IMG/VR virus record: IMGVR_UViG_3300025120_000046 | Coordinates: 1-61,943 of that record | Origin: a virus | Lineage: Duplodnaviria; Caudoviricetes | Length of the DNA: 61,943 bases | Direction: 5' to 3' (one strand) | In this document: positions 46,491-55,785 of the stretch, in pieces | Position numbering within the stretch: the stretch's first letter is position 1 | How the letters are laid out: each line of letters begins with the position of its first letter | Position numbers and translations under genes: made by a program | Notes under the pieces: generated by a model | The model's database searches: none | What the model was told of the DNA's origin: nothing | Seen by the model: only the letters and a program-made list of their open reading frames with translations

Positions 46491-48389
46491 ATGGCAGATA
46501 CAGGTTTATTTTCAAGATTAAGAAGATTATTTTCTACAGACGTAATTATTCGTAATGTAGGAGGTGCTCAATTAAAAGTTTTTGATGTTAATAAAATACA
46601 ACAATCAGGGGAGATTGAAACAAATACATTAGTAGATAGATTTAATAGAATTTATTCTAATTCATCAACATCCTTATGGGGCCAACAATCCCATTTTAAT
46701 TATCAATACTTAAGACCACAACTATATTCAGAGTATGATGCAATGGATACAGATGCAATTGTAGCATCAGCATTAGATATTATAGCTGATGAATCTACTC
46801 TTAAAAACGATATGGGAGAAGTATTACAAATTAAATCCCCAGATGAAGATATACAAAAAATACTTTATAATTTATTTTATGATGTATTAAATATAGAATT
46901 TAATCTTTGGCCTTGGGTTAGAAATTTAGCTAAATATGGTGATTTTTTCCTTAAATTAGAAATAGCAGAAAAATATGGTGTTTATAATGTAATACCTTAT
47001 ACTGCGTTTCATATTGAAAGAATGGAAGGTTTAGATCAAGAAAACCCAACTGAAGTAAAATTTAGATTTTCTCCAGATGGTGTTTCTGCTTCTGATTATG
47101 GTTATTATAATGTACCTAATACTGGAACATTTGAAAATGCTATTATATTTGATAATTATGAAATGGCTCATTTTAGATTATTAACAAATATGAATTTTTT
47201 ACCTTATGGTAGATCATATATTGAGCCAGCTAGAAAATTATTTAAACAATATGTGTTAATGGAAGATGCTATGTTAATCCATAGAATTGTTCGTGCACCA
47301 GAAAAACGTATTTTCTATATGAACGTTGGAGCAATACCTCCAAATGAAGTAGATGCGTTTATGGAAAAAACATTAAGTAAACTTAAACGTACTCCTCACG
47401 TAGATGAAAAAACAGGTGAGTACAATTTAAGATACAACATGCAAAACCTACTTGAAGATTATTACATACCAGTTAGAGGTAATGATGCAAGTACTAAAAT
47501 TGAAAGTGCTAATGGTTTACAGTGGGATGGTATTGCTGATGTTGAGTATTTAAGAGATAAATTATTTGCTGCTCTTAAAGTGCCTAAAGCCTTTATGGGT
47601 TATGATGAAAACACAGACGGTAAAGCTACATTAGCAGCCCAAGATATTAGATTTGCTCGTACAATTGAAAGAATACAAAGAATTGTAGTTTCGGAATTAT
47701 ATAAAATAGCATTAGTTCATTTATATACTCAAGGTTATAAAGATGAACAATTAGCTAATTTTGAATTATCATTAACTACTCCATCTATTATTTATGATCA
47801 AGAAAGAGTAGCATTAATGAAAGAAAAAATGGATTTAGCTGCTCAAATGGTTGAAACAAATATATTCCCAACTGATTTTATTTATGATCATTTATTCCAT
47901 TTAAGTGAAGATCAATATGATGACTTTAGAGATTTAATTAGAGAAGATGCTAAACGTAAGTTTAGAATTACTCAAATTGAAGCTGAAGGTAATGACCCAG
48001 TTGAAACAGGTCAATCATATGGTACACCTCATGATTTAGCTTCACTATATGGTAAAGGAAGAATGTATTCAAACCCAGGTGATACCCCAGAACCAAATGA
48101 TAAAGGTCAATATATAGGAGATAGAAAAACTCCATTAGGTAGACCTAAAGAAAAAGCATCTAAACGAAATACTCAAGATGATAATTTCGGTAAAGATAGA
48201 TTAGGTACTAAAGGTATGAAAAGAGATTATAATGATCCTAAAAAAAGTTCTTTAGCATTAGAAAGTAATGCTGAGTTTGCTAAGCATCAATCTATGTTAA
48301 AATCAATTTCTAAAAAGAAAAAGTTGGTATTTGAGCAAAATAACGCAGAAAGTTCGTTACTTGATGAATCAAACATTAAGGAACAGTAA
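46491..48389 (+). CDS. gp20: Portal protein (T4 gp20-like)
   Basis: LMEDAMLIHRIVRAPEKRIFY, EDYYIPVRG, DVEYLRDKLFAALKVPK, DIRFARTIERIQ. Confidence 0.93.
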   Translation: MADTGLFSRLRRLFSTDVIIRNVGGAQLKVFDVNKIQQSGEIETNTLVDRFNRIYSNSSTSLWGQQSHFNYQYLRPQLYSEYDAMDTDAIVASALDIIADESTLKNDMGEVLQIKSPDEDIQKILYNLFYDVLNIEFNLWPWVRNLAKYGDFFLKLEIAEKYGVYNVIPYTAFHIERMEGLDQENPTEVKFRFSPDGVSASDYGYYNVPNTGTFENAIIFDNYEMAHFRLLTNMNFLPYGRSYIEPARKLFKQYVLMEDAMLIHRIVRAPEKRIFYMNVGAIPPNEVDAFMEKTLSKLKRTPHVDEKTGEYNLRYNMQNLLEDYYIPVRGNDASTKIESANGLQWDGIADVEYLRDKLFAALKVPKAFMGYDENTDGKATLAAQDIRFARTIERIQRIVVSELYKIALVHLYTQGYKDEQLANFELSLTTPSIIYDQERVALMKEKMDLAAQMVETNIFPTDFIYDHLFHLSEDQYDDFRDLIREDAKRKFRITQIEAEGNDPVETGQSYGTPHDLASLYGKGRMYSNPGDTPEPNDKGQYIGDRKTPLGRPKEKASKRNTQDDNFGKDRLGTKGMKRDYNDPKKSSLALESNAEFAKHQSMLKSISKKKKLVFEQNNAESSLLDESNIKEQ

Positions 48390-48417
48390 TTTTAGTATAT
48401 TTATAAAAAAATAAGTA

Positions 48418-49278
48418 TTGATGTATATAAAACATTCAAAATTCAGGAATACGGGTATTTTATTTGAAGTAGTAGTTAGAAAAATTACTTCAGAGACTCT
48501 ATCAGGTAAAGATTCCCCCGCAATTAACATATTAAAAAAACATTTTGTTAATACAGAGTTAGGTAAAGAGTATAAATTGTATGAAACTACATTTAGATCT
48601 AAAAATTTAAATGATAGTAAGGCAAATACTATTTTAAATACAGTATTAGAACAATCTAAAAAGCTTAATAGAAGTAGGATTAGAAAAGAAAAATACAATT
48701 TAATAAGTGAGCTAAAATTGCATTATAATGTAGAAGATTTATTTAAAACCAAAATGAATGATTATAAAGCACAAGCATCACTTTATACTTTATTAGAAGC
48801 TTATAATACAGATAAACTAATAGATCCTAATCAAATTATAGATAATAAAGTAACTTTATTAGAATATTTAACATCTAAAGATGTAAATAGAAATAACGTA
48901 AAAGATGATATCATATCAGAATTTAAATCTCAAGATAAAGATATTCGTACATTAACATATCATGTAATGTTAGAAAAATTTAATGAAAAATATGATGAGT
49001 TAAATTTAAAACAAAAATCAATACTTAAAGAATTTATTGAGTCTGTAGATAATACATCTAGGTTAAAAGAATTTTATAATAATGAAGTTAAAATAATTAA
49101 AGAATCAATTAAATCTTCAATATCCAAAGTTAAAAGTGAAGTTGTTAAAATTAAATTAAATGAAGTTTCTTCTTTAATTAAAGAATTAGATAAAAGAACT
49201 ATTATTAAAAGTGATCATTTAGTTGATTTGTTACAATATCATTCATTATTAGAAGAATTAAATACAGCTCATGGATAG
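48418..49278 (+). CDS. Head-module hypothetical protein
   Basis: KHSKFRNTGILFE start; between portal and protease; late motif at 48398-48405. Confidence 0.65.
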   Translation: MMYIKHSKFRNTGILFEVVVRKITSETLSGKDSPAINILKKHFVNTELGKEYKLYETTFRSKNLNDSKANTILNTVLEQSKKLNRSRIRKEKYNLISELKLHYNVEDLFKTKMNDYKAQASLYTLLEAYNTDKLIDPNQIIDNKVTLLEYLTSKDVNRNNVKDDIISEFKSQDKDIRTLTYHVMLEKFNEKYDELNLKQKSILKEFIESVDNTSRLKEFYNNEVKIIKESIKSSISKVKSEVVKIKLNEVSSLIKELDKRTIIKSDHLVDLLQYHSLLEELNTAHG

Positions 49279-50641
49279 AACTAAAATAATTAATAAAGTA
49301 ATTAAAGAAATCCTATCAGAAGCTCCTGGAGATGATTTACCTAAAGTTGATAAAAGTGGTAAATCAAAAGTAGGAGATGTTAAAATTAGTAATGGTATAA
49401 AATCAACTATTACTAATATAGATAAAGAAACAGGAGCAATTAAGTGGGATATAGCTTATTTACCTAATTTTGATAAATTATTTGATGATGTAACTGATTT
49501 AGTGGGCACAGCAAAAGGTGTTTATACTAAAGCAAAAGGAGATGATGTATTAAGGGTAATATATGATGAAGCTCGTGTATTAAGAAATAAAATTCGTACA
49601 CATATTAGAAATGAATATCCTGAAGAATATAGAAGGATAACAATGAATGAAGGTGAATTAGAAGAAATGTCTACAACAGGTGGTGGAGCTGGATCAGCTA
49701 CATTTACACCAGGTACAGGAATGCAGTATGCAACACCATATGCATTTAAAAGAGTTAAAAAGAAAAAAGAAGAAGTTAAAGAAAATTTAAAAGATTATAT
49801 AAAAATATCTGAACCAAGTTTTAGGAAAGATAAAAATAATCCTAATTTCTTATCTGGGTATATAAAGTATGATACTGGAGGTGGTTCATCTATGGCATTA
49901 GGTAAAGAAACAATGTCAGGTCAAATCAGAAGATTAAGTTCAGCTGAAGCTGTAAGACAAATGGATAATATAGCTAAAAAGCTTAATGATAGTTTTGATA
50001 TAGAAGATATTGAAGTAACAGATTTAGAAAATGGTGTAGTTGAATTATTTGCTGTATCAGATGATTTTATAGATATGGATCCAAGATCTGAATTAAGTAT
50101 GGCTTTATTAGAAGTAGATGAAAAATGGGATAAGATTGCAAGAGATGAGTATGGCAAACCTTGGATGGAATTAAGTATTGCCCAAAAGCAAGAGATGCTA
50201 AGTTATGCGAATAGAGAGACAGAAAAGAAATTTGAAACAGATTTTGAAAGACGTAGAAAAGAAACATCTGATTATGTAGATGAAGGAATTGGAGCTTCAT
50301 TAGGCCCAGGTCCTAAAGCAAGTGCTGATGGAGTTAAAGATAATTCATACGTAAAAGAATTTGGGTATAAATTAGTACCTAAAAAAATTAAAGGATCAGG
50401 TTTAATAGTAAAACAACTATTTGAAGCTGCTGAATCAACAGATGACTTTCAAGGTGGAAGATTAAAAGCATTTGATCGCATTGAACAAGAAATAAATGAT
50501 ATTTATAAAATGTTGAGTAATGCTAAAAATGAAACAGCTGAATACTATAAAGAAAACCCAGGTTCATACTCTGTAGTAAAACCAACAGATTTAGTTTTAG
50601 ACTATATAAAAGATATTAAAGACTTATTAAAAGGAGAATAA
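49271..50641 (+). CDS. Modular head-associated protein
   Basis: IKEILSE leader; EMSTTGG...YATPYAF module; xxE-bounded modules. Confidence 0.6.
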   Translation: MDRTKIINKVIKEILSEAPGDDLPKVDKSGKSKVGDVKISNGIKSTITNIDKETGAIKWDIAYLPNFDKLFDDVTDLVGTAKGVYTKAKGDDVLRVIYDEARVLRNKIRTHIRNEYPEEYRRITMNEGELEEMSTTGGGAGSATFTPGTGMQYATPYAFKRVKKKKEEVKENLKDYIKISEPSFRKDKNNPNFLSGYIKYDTGGGSSMALGKETMSGQIRRLSSAEAVRQMDNIAKKLNDSFDIEDIEVTDLENGVVELFAVSDDFIDMDPRSELSMALLEVDEKWDKIARDEYGKPWMELSIAQKQEMLSYANRETEKKFETDFERRRKETSDYVDEGIGASLGPGPKASADGVKDNSYVKEFGYKLVPKKIKGSGLIVKQLFEAAESTDDFQGGRLKAFDRIEQEINDIYKMLSNAKNETAEYYKENPGSYSVVKPTDLVLDYIKDIKDLLKGE

Positions 50642-50644
50642 AAA

Positions 50645-51835
50645 ATGAAAACATTACAAGAACAATACAACCAAATAAAAAAAGGAAATGGTAGTAAAGA
50701 AATTTTCCTTAAAGAAGTAAAAGCAAAATACCCAAATTTAGTTCGTAACGCAGCTCAATTTGATGAAGCTTCAGCTATTTTAGCAAAAAGAAATATTATA
50801 TCAGAAAATCTATATGTTACTAATAAACCAAAAGACCCAAATTGGTTTAAATTATTTGATGAAAATATGAATCTTGTTTCTTTAGAAGAAGCAAAAGCAA
50901 TTGAAAAAAAAGTAACTAAAGAAGTAACTGATTTACAAGCGCCAACTAAGGGATATGACTATAAAAATGATAGTCTAATTGATAATGTATCAGGTGAACA
51001 ATTCCGTCAAGGTTATTATACAGAACTTACTGATGCTTCTAATGCAGATAAATCTAAAAAAGAATTAATTGATTTAGTTATTAAAAATATGTCTAAAAAT
51101 CCACAATATTATACTGAAGAAGCTCAGTTTGGTGTTAAAGGAATAGGATATACAGAAGATGCTCCGGCATTAGGAAAAGGAAAACAAGTAAAAGACCCAG
51201 GTGTTGGTGGTGGATATGGTGAAGCTACTAAAAAAGACTTTGATAAAGGAGAAGTTGGTACTGGTTATTTAGAATTAAAAGAAAACAAAATGATATCATT
51301 ATTAGATTTATTAAACGAATCACCATTAGGTGAAAAACCAAAAGCTAAAAAAGTTAAAAAAGCTAAAAAAGAAACAACCGAAAGTAAATTAGCCGAAATT
51401 GAAAAAAACGGTAGAATTGCTACTATGGAACTTCAAATTGAAGCTTTATATGAAATTATTGAAGGTAAACAAGAAAGAATTTCTATGGTTACTGAAGATG
51501 ATAGCCTATCAGAATTAGTAGATAAAACTAAAATGAAAGAAATGCAACGTGAAGTAAAGATTCTTGAAAAGCGTAAAGATAAGATGGAAAAAGTTTATGA
51601 AAAGATGTGTGGTAAAGCATATAAAAGACAAATGGATGAAGATTTAGGTTCTTCTAATTATGCTGGAGCAGCTAATAATGATAAATCACAAGAAGCTTTT
51701 AGAAATAATGCTGATCAAGAAATTGCTGAAGAAAGTAATGCTGGTTCAAATGAAGGTTCAAATGATAATTCAAATGAAAATTCAAACGATAACAAAGAAT
51801 CATATTCTGGTTTAAGTAAATTTAGAACTGCATAA
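50645..51835 (+). CDS. Head-associated protein (prohead core-like)
   Basis: MKTLQEQY start; internal MISLLDLLNE; coiled coil; SNxx tail. Confidence 0.6.
   Translation: MKTLQEQYNQIKKGNGSKEIFLKEVKAKYPNLVRNAAQFDEASAILAKRNIISENLYVTNKPKDPNWFKLFDENMNLVSLEEAKAIEKKVTKEVTDLQAPTKGYDYKNDSLIDNVSGEQFRQGYYTELTDASNADKSKKELIDLVIKNMSKNPQYYTEEAQFGVKGIGYTEDAPALGKGKQVKDPGVGGGYGEATKKDFDKGEVGTGYLELKENKMISLLDLLNESPLGEKPKAKKVKKAKKETTESKLAEIEKNGRIATMELQIEALYEIIEGKQERISMVTEDDSLSELVDKTKMKEMQREVKILEKRKDKMEKVYEKMCGKAYKRQMDEDLGSSNYAGAANNDKSQEAFRNNADQEIAEESNAGSNEGSNDNSNENSNDNKESYSGLSKFRTA
51728..51823 (+). repeat. SNxx tetrapeptide repeat cassette, copy 2
   Basis: EESNAGSNEGSNDNSNENSNDNKESYSGLSKF. Confidence 0.8.
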
Positions 51836-51843
51836 AATATACT

Positions 51844-52446
51844 ATGAGTCAATTATTAATAGAAACACACGTATTTAAACCTAAAGGGGTACGTTTAAAC
51901 GAATCACGTTCAAAACGAGGTTTACCTATAGTTGAAGGAATATTAGCTACTGCTGAAGTAAAAAACGGTAATGGCAGATATTATTCTAAAGAACTTTGGG
52001 ATAGAGAAATAGACAAATACAGAGTATTAGTTGACGAAAATAGAGCAATGGGTGAATTAGACCACCCTGAATCATCAGTAATAAATTTACAAAATGTATC
52101 ACATAATATATCAGATATGTGGTGGGATGGAGATAATGTAATGGGTAAAATAGAAATTTTACCTACCCCAAATGGTAATATACTTAAGGCATTAGTTGAA
52201 AGTGGAATTACAGTTGGTGTTTCATCTAGAGGAATGGGTACATTAGAACAAAAAGGTGAATTAATGGAAGTACAAGATGATTTTGAATTACTGTGTTGGG
52301 ATTTTGTTTCAACACCTTCTAATCCAGATTCATTTATGCATTTAGTTAGAGAAAATAAAGAATATAAAGCACAAGATAATTATAAAAAAGTAAATACAAT
52401 ACTAGGTGAAATATTATGTTCGCATGGTTTTTGCCCTATTGTATAA
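51844..52446 (+). CDS. gp21: Prohead maturation protease (T4 gp21-like)
   Basis: KNGNGRYY, GELDHP, NVSH, TPNGNI, GVSSRGMG, DFVSTPS. Confidence 0.93.
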   Translation: MSQLLIETHVFKPKGVRLNESRSKRGLPIVEGILATAEVKNGNGRYYSKELWDREIDKYRVLVDENRAMGELDHPESSVINLQNVSHNISDMWWDGDNVMGKIEILPTPNGNILKALVESGITVGVSSRGMGTLEQKGELMEVQDDFELLCWDFVSTPSNPDSFMHLVRENKEYKAQDNYKKVNTILGEILCSHGFCPIV

Positions 52447-52472
52447 TTTAAGATTTTACCCCTGATTCCTGA

Positions 52473-52514
52473 GAAGAGGCGTTTTCAATTATTTGAAGCG
52501 CCTTTTCGCTTTTC
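52473..52514 (+). terminator. Probable terminator hairpin
   Basis: GAAGAGGCGTTTTCAA-TTAT-TTGAAGCGCCTTTTC followed by GCTTTT. Confidence 0.6.
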
Positions 52515-52632
52515 GTATCTCCCCATATACGTATAAACATAATATACCATCTTCTATATGGTATTAATTTAATACAAACCCCCTATTACGTTTCTTAATA
52601 AACGTAGTTTCCCAACAAAAAATTTAGGAAAA

Positions 52633-53910
52633 ATGAACAGAAACTTTTTAAAAGAAGCAATCGCTGATGCTAAAGCAGTCAAAGAATCTGCAATAGCAAA
52701 TGCTAAAGTCGCTCTAGAAGAAGCTTTTTCCCCACAAGTTCAAGCCATGTTCGCTAGTAAAATAGAAGAAATGGAAAAAGAAGATGTGAAGGAAGAAATG
52801 GACGATAAAGTAGACGAAGCTAAAAAAGATGATGATAAAATGGAGGAAGGAAAAGAATACATGACCAAAAAGGAAAAGCGCGAAGGTGACGATCGTAAGT
52901 CTGATAACAAGGCTGAGACTGAAACTGAAAAAATGCGTAAAATCAAAGAGGAAGATGTATCTGATCTAGACGAAATTTTAGCAGAATTAGAAAAAGATGA
53001 AGATCTAAAGGAAAACAAAGACAAAGAAATCGACGAAGCAAAAAAGGACGACGACAAGGAAGACATCAAAGAAGATGAAAGAACTGACGCTGAAGAAGAA
53101 GGCTACGAAGATGGAATGGAAGACGAAAAAGAAGATGAGGACGATGAAGATATCGACCTTGATGACTTATCGGAAGAAGACCTTAAGAAATTTATCGAAG
53201 ATGTAATCGAAGATATGGTTAACGCTGGTGAAATTGAAGCTGGTGAATCATTCGAAGATGATGTAGATGTTAATGTTGACGTAGACGGAGAAATTGAAGT
53301 AGAAGATGATGAAGAAACTTCTGTGGATGTAGCCGAAGCTAAAGAAGACATTGATGAAGCAAAAGATAAAGTTGACGAAAAGAAAAAACAAGGATACGAT
53401 GCAAGATTGGATGATGCTGAAGGTGCTAGACATGGTAAAAAGAAACAAGATATGGCTCAAAGAAGAGCTGATTCTGAAAACATGGAAAAAGCTGACGGTA
53501 AAAGAAAATTTGCAGGAGACAAAGAAATGGACAAAGTTAAAGAAGAATTAGCTGAAGCATACGCTACAGTTAAAACTTTAAAAACTGAGTTAAATGAAAT
53601 CAACTTATTGAATGCTAAATTACTCTACACGAATAAAGTGTTCCGTGGCAAAAACTTAACTGAATCACAAAAAGTTAAAGTATTAGGAGCTTTTGATAAA
53701 GCTGAATCTGTGAAAGAAGTAAAACTTGTGTTTGAAACTATCGATGGTAGTGTTAAAACAAAAGTATCTAATAAATCTATAAGCGAAGGCTTTAGATCTA
53801 AAGGAAGTGCTTCTAACATGACAGTAAATAAGAAAGAGACTAAAAAACAACCTATTGTTGAATCAGATGAGATGGTCGCTCGCTTTAAGAAATTAGCTGG
53901 AATAATCTAA
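52633..53910 (+). CDS. Prohead core scaffold protein (gp22-like)
   Basis: Very acidic coiled coil between protease and capsid genes; LNEINLLNAKLLY; C-terminal RFKKLAGII. Confidence 0.8.
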   Translation: MNRNFLKEAIADAKAVKESAIANAKVALEEAFSPQVQAMFASKIEEMEKEDVKEEMDDKVDEAKKDDDKMEEGKEYMTKKEKREGDDRKSDNKAETETEKMRKIKEEDVSDLDEILAELEKDEDLKENKDKEIDEAKKDDDKEDIKEDERTDAEEEGYEDGMEDEKEDEDDEDIDLDDLSEEDLKKFIEDVIEDMVNAGEIEAGESFEDDVDVNVDVDGEIEVEDDEETSVDVAEAKEDIDEAKDKVDEKKKQGYDARLDDAEGARHGKKKQDMAQRRADSENMEKADGKRKFAGDKEMDKVKEELAEAYATVKTLKTELNEINLLNAKLLYTNKVFRGKNLTESQKVKVLGAFDKAESVKEVKLVFETIDGSVKTKVSNKSISEGFRSKGSASNMTVNKKETKKQPIVESDEMVARFKKLAGII

Positions 53911-53953
53911 TTCATTAAAAATTAATAATAATTAAACTTAAAATTGTAAAAAA

Positions 53954-55669
53954 ATGTCACAATTAAATTCTCTATTAGAAAGTGCTAATCCTTACAAGTC
54001 GCTACAAAGTGATGCGGCTAGATTAGCAAACAAATGGAATAAGACAGGTTTATTAGAAGGTATCGGTAACGAAACTGAGAAAAATAATATGTCTATTATT
54101 CTTGAAAACCAAGCTAAGCAGTTGGTAATGGAAGAAAGTAATACTGGTGGTGGTGCAGGTTCAGGAACATTTACTCCTGGAACTGGTGCTCAATGGGCTG
54201 GTGTAGCTTTACCATTAGTAAGAAAAGTATTTGGTCAAATCGCAGCAAAAGAATTTGTTTCGGTTCAACCAATGAACTTACCTTCTGGCCTAGTATTTTA
54301 TCTTGATTTCCAGTATGGTACTACAAAAGATCCATTCACAAGAGGAAATTCATTATTTGGTGATACAGTAGCAACTCAAACAGGTCCTATTAATGACGTA
54401 ACTTCTCCATTTGGTAACACAAATGCAGGTGGTCTTTATGGTGCTGGTAGATTTGGTTACTCTATTAACAACACACAATCATTAGCTTATAAGCCAGTTT
54501 CGGCTTCAGTTGATTGGTATGTAGATTTACAAGCTGATTCTTCAGTTTCTCAATCTTATCTTGCAGGTAATGTAACTAACGCTGCTGGAACAGGTATTAC
54601 AGGTGCTAAGCAAATTGGTGCGTTCAACGTACCAGTAGCTTCTTTACCTAACTACGATACTAGAGCCGTAAAAGGATTCTATTTATCAGGTTCTGCTGCT
54701 ACTATTCCTGCTACTACAGTTCAATACCCACAATTTACAAAAGTAACGCAATCAGCTGGTGTTGATGTAATTGCTTTCTTCGTAGATTCTGATATTGATG
54801 CTTCTGCTGCAGGTGCAAACGTTAAAGTTGTTTATACTCTTCAAACTTCTGACAATGAAAGAGGTGATTTCGAAGATGGTAACACTAACTTAAACGGAAA
54901 TAACGACCCAATCACTATCCCTCAGATTAACATTCAAATGCAATCAGAGGCTATAGTTGCTAAAACTAGAAAATTAAGAGCAGTTTGGACTCCTGAGTTC
55001 GCTCAAGATCTTAACGCTTACCATTCTCTAGATGCAGAAGCTGAATTAACTTCAATCATGAGTGAGTACATTTCATTAGAAATTGACTTAGAAATTCTTG
55101 ATATGTTGATCGAATCAGCTGCAGCTGGTACAGAATGGTGGAGTGCTCAGAACAACTTAGCAGTTGGTTCTACAGGTGTTGTAAATGCTGACTTAGGGTT
55201 CTTTAACTCTCAAGGACAATGGTTCCAAACTTTAGGAACTAAAATCCAAAAGTTAAGTAATATCATTCACCAGAAAACTCTTAGAGGTGGTGCTAATTTC
55301 TTAGTATGTTCTCCAACAGTAGCTACAATTATCGAATCTATACCAGGATTTGCTAGTACTTCTGATGGTGATGCTGCTAAAGCTTCTTACGCTTTTGGTG
55401 TACAGAAAGCTGGTACTATCAACTCTAGATATACTGTTTATAAGAACCCTTACATGACTGAAAACACAATCCTATTAGGATTTAGAGGAGGTCAGTTCTT
55501 AGAAGCTGGTGCTGTATTTGCTCCATATATTCCGTTAATTATGACTCCATTAGTATACGATCCAAATACCTTTACTCCAAGAAAAGGTCTATTAACTCGT
55601 TACGCTAAGAAAGTCGTAAGACCAGAATTCTATGGTAAAATCTTTGTTAATGGTTTAAATACTCTTTAA
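53954..55669 (+). CDS. gp23: Major capsid protein (T4 gp23-like)
   Basis: VSVQPMNLPSGLVFYL, AKTRKLRAVWTPEFAQDL, LDAEAEL, EIDLEI, FAPYIPL, FTPRKGLLTRY. Confidence 0.95.
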   Translation: MSQLNSLLESANPYKSLQSDAARLANKWNKTGLLEGIGNETEKNNMSIILENQAKQLVMEESNTGGGAGSGTFTPGTGAQWAGVALPLVRKVFGQIAAKEFVSVQPMNLPSGLVFYLDFQYGTTKDPFTRGNSLFGDTVATQTGPINDVTSPFGNTNAGGLYGAGRFGYSINNTQSLAYKPVSASVDWYVDLQADSSVSQSYLAGNVTNAAGTGITGAKQIGAFNVPVASLPNYDTRAVKGFYLSGSAATIPATTVQYPQFTKVTQSAGVDVIAFFVDSDIDASAAGANVKVVYTLQTSDNERGDFEDGNTNLNGNNDPITIPQINIQMQSEAIVAKTRKLRAVWTPEFAQDLNAYHSLDAEAELTSIMSEYISLEIDLEILDMLIESAAAGTEWWSAQNNLAVGSTGVVNADLGFFNSQGQWFQTLGTKIQKLSNIIHQKTLRGGANFLVCSPTVATIIESIPGFASTSDGDAAKASYAFGVQKAGTINSRYTVYKNPYMTENTILLGFRGGQFLEAGAVFAPYIPLIMTPLVYDPNTFTPRKGLLTRYAKKVVRPEFYGKIFVNGLNTL

Positions 55670-55697
55670 TCAATAGATTTTAAATAATAGTAATTAA

Positions 55698-55725
55698 GAG
55701 CCCCGCATTAGCGGGGCTTTTTTTT
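55698..55725 (+). terminator. Rho-independent terminator after the capsid gene
   Basis: AGCCCCGC-ATTA-GCGGGGCT followed by a T-run. Confidence 0.9.
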
Positions 55726-55729
55726 ATTA

Positions 55730-55763
55730 TTTGGTTACCTAGTAGGTACTTAGTATATTTATA
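55730..55763 (+). promoter_or_regulatory. Composite host-type + late promoter
   Basis: TTTG-N20-TATATTTA overlapping TATTTATA at 55756-55763. Confidence 0.55.
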
Positions 55764-55785
55764 CTCAAACAAAACAGTTATTAAA

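Noticed and set aside
44881-55669. Introns or inteins in terminase, portal or capsid genes
   Set aside because: ORFs are continuous with ordinary lengths and no intein C/HN motifs; the capsid gene's central extra segment looks like an insertion domain.
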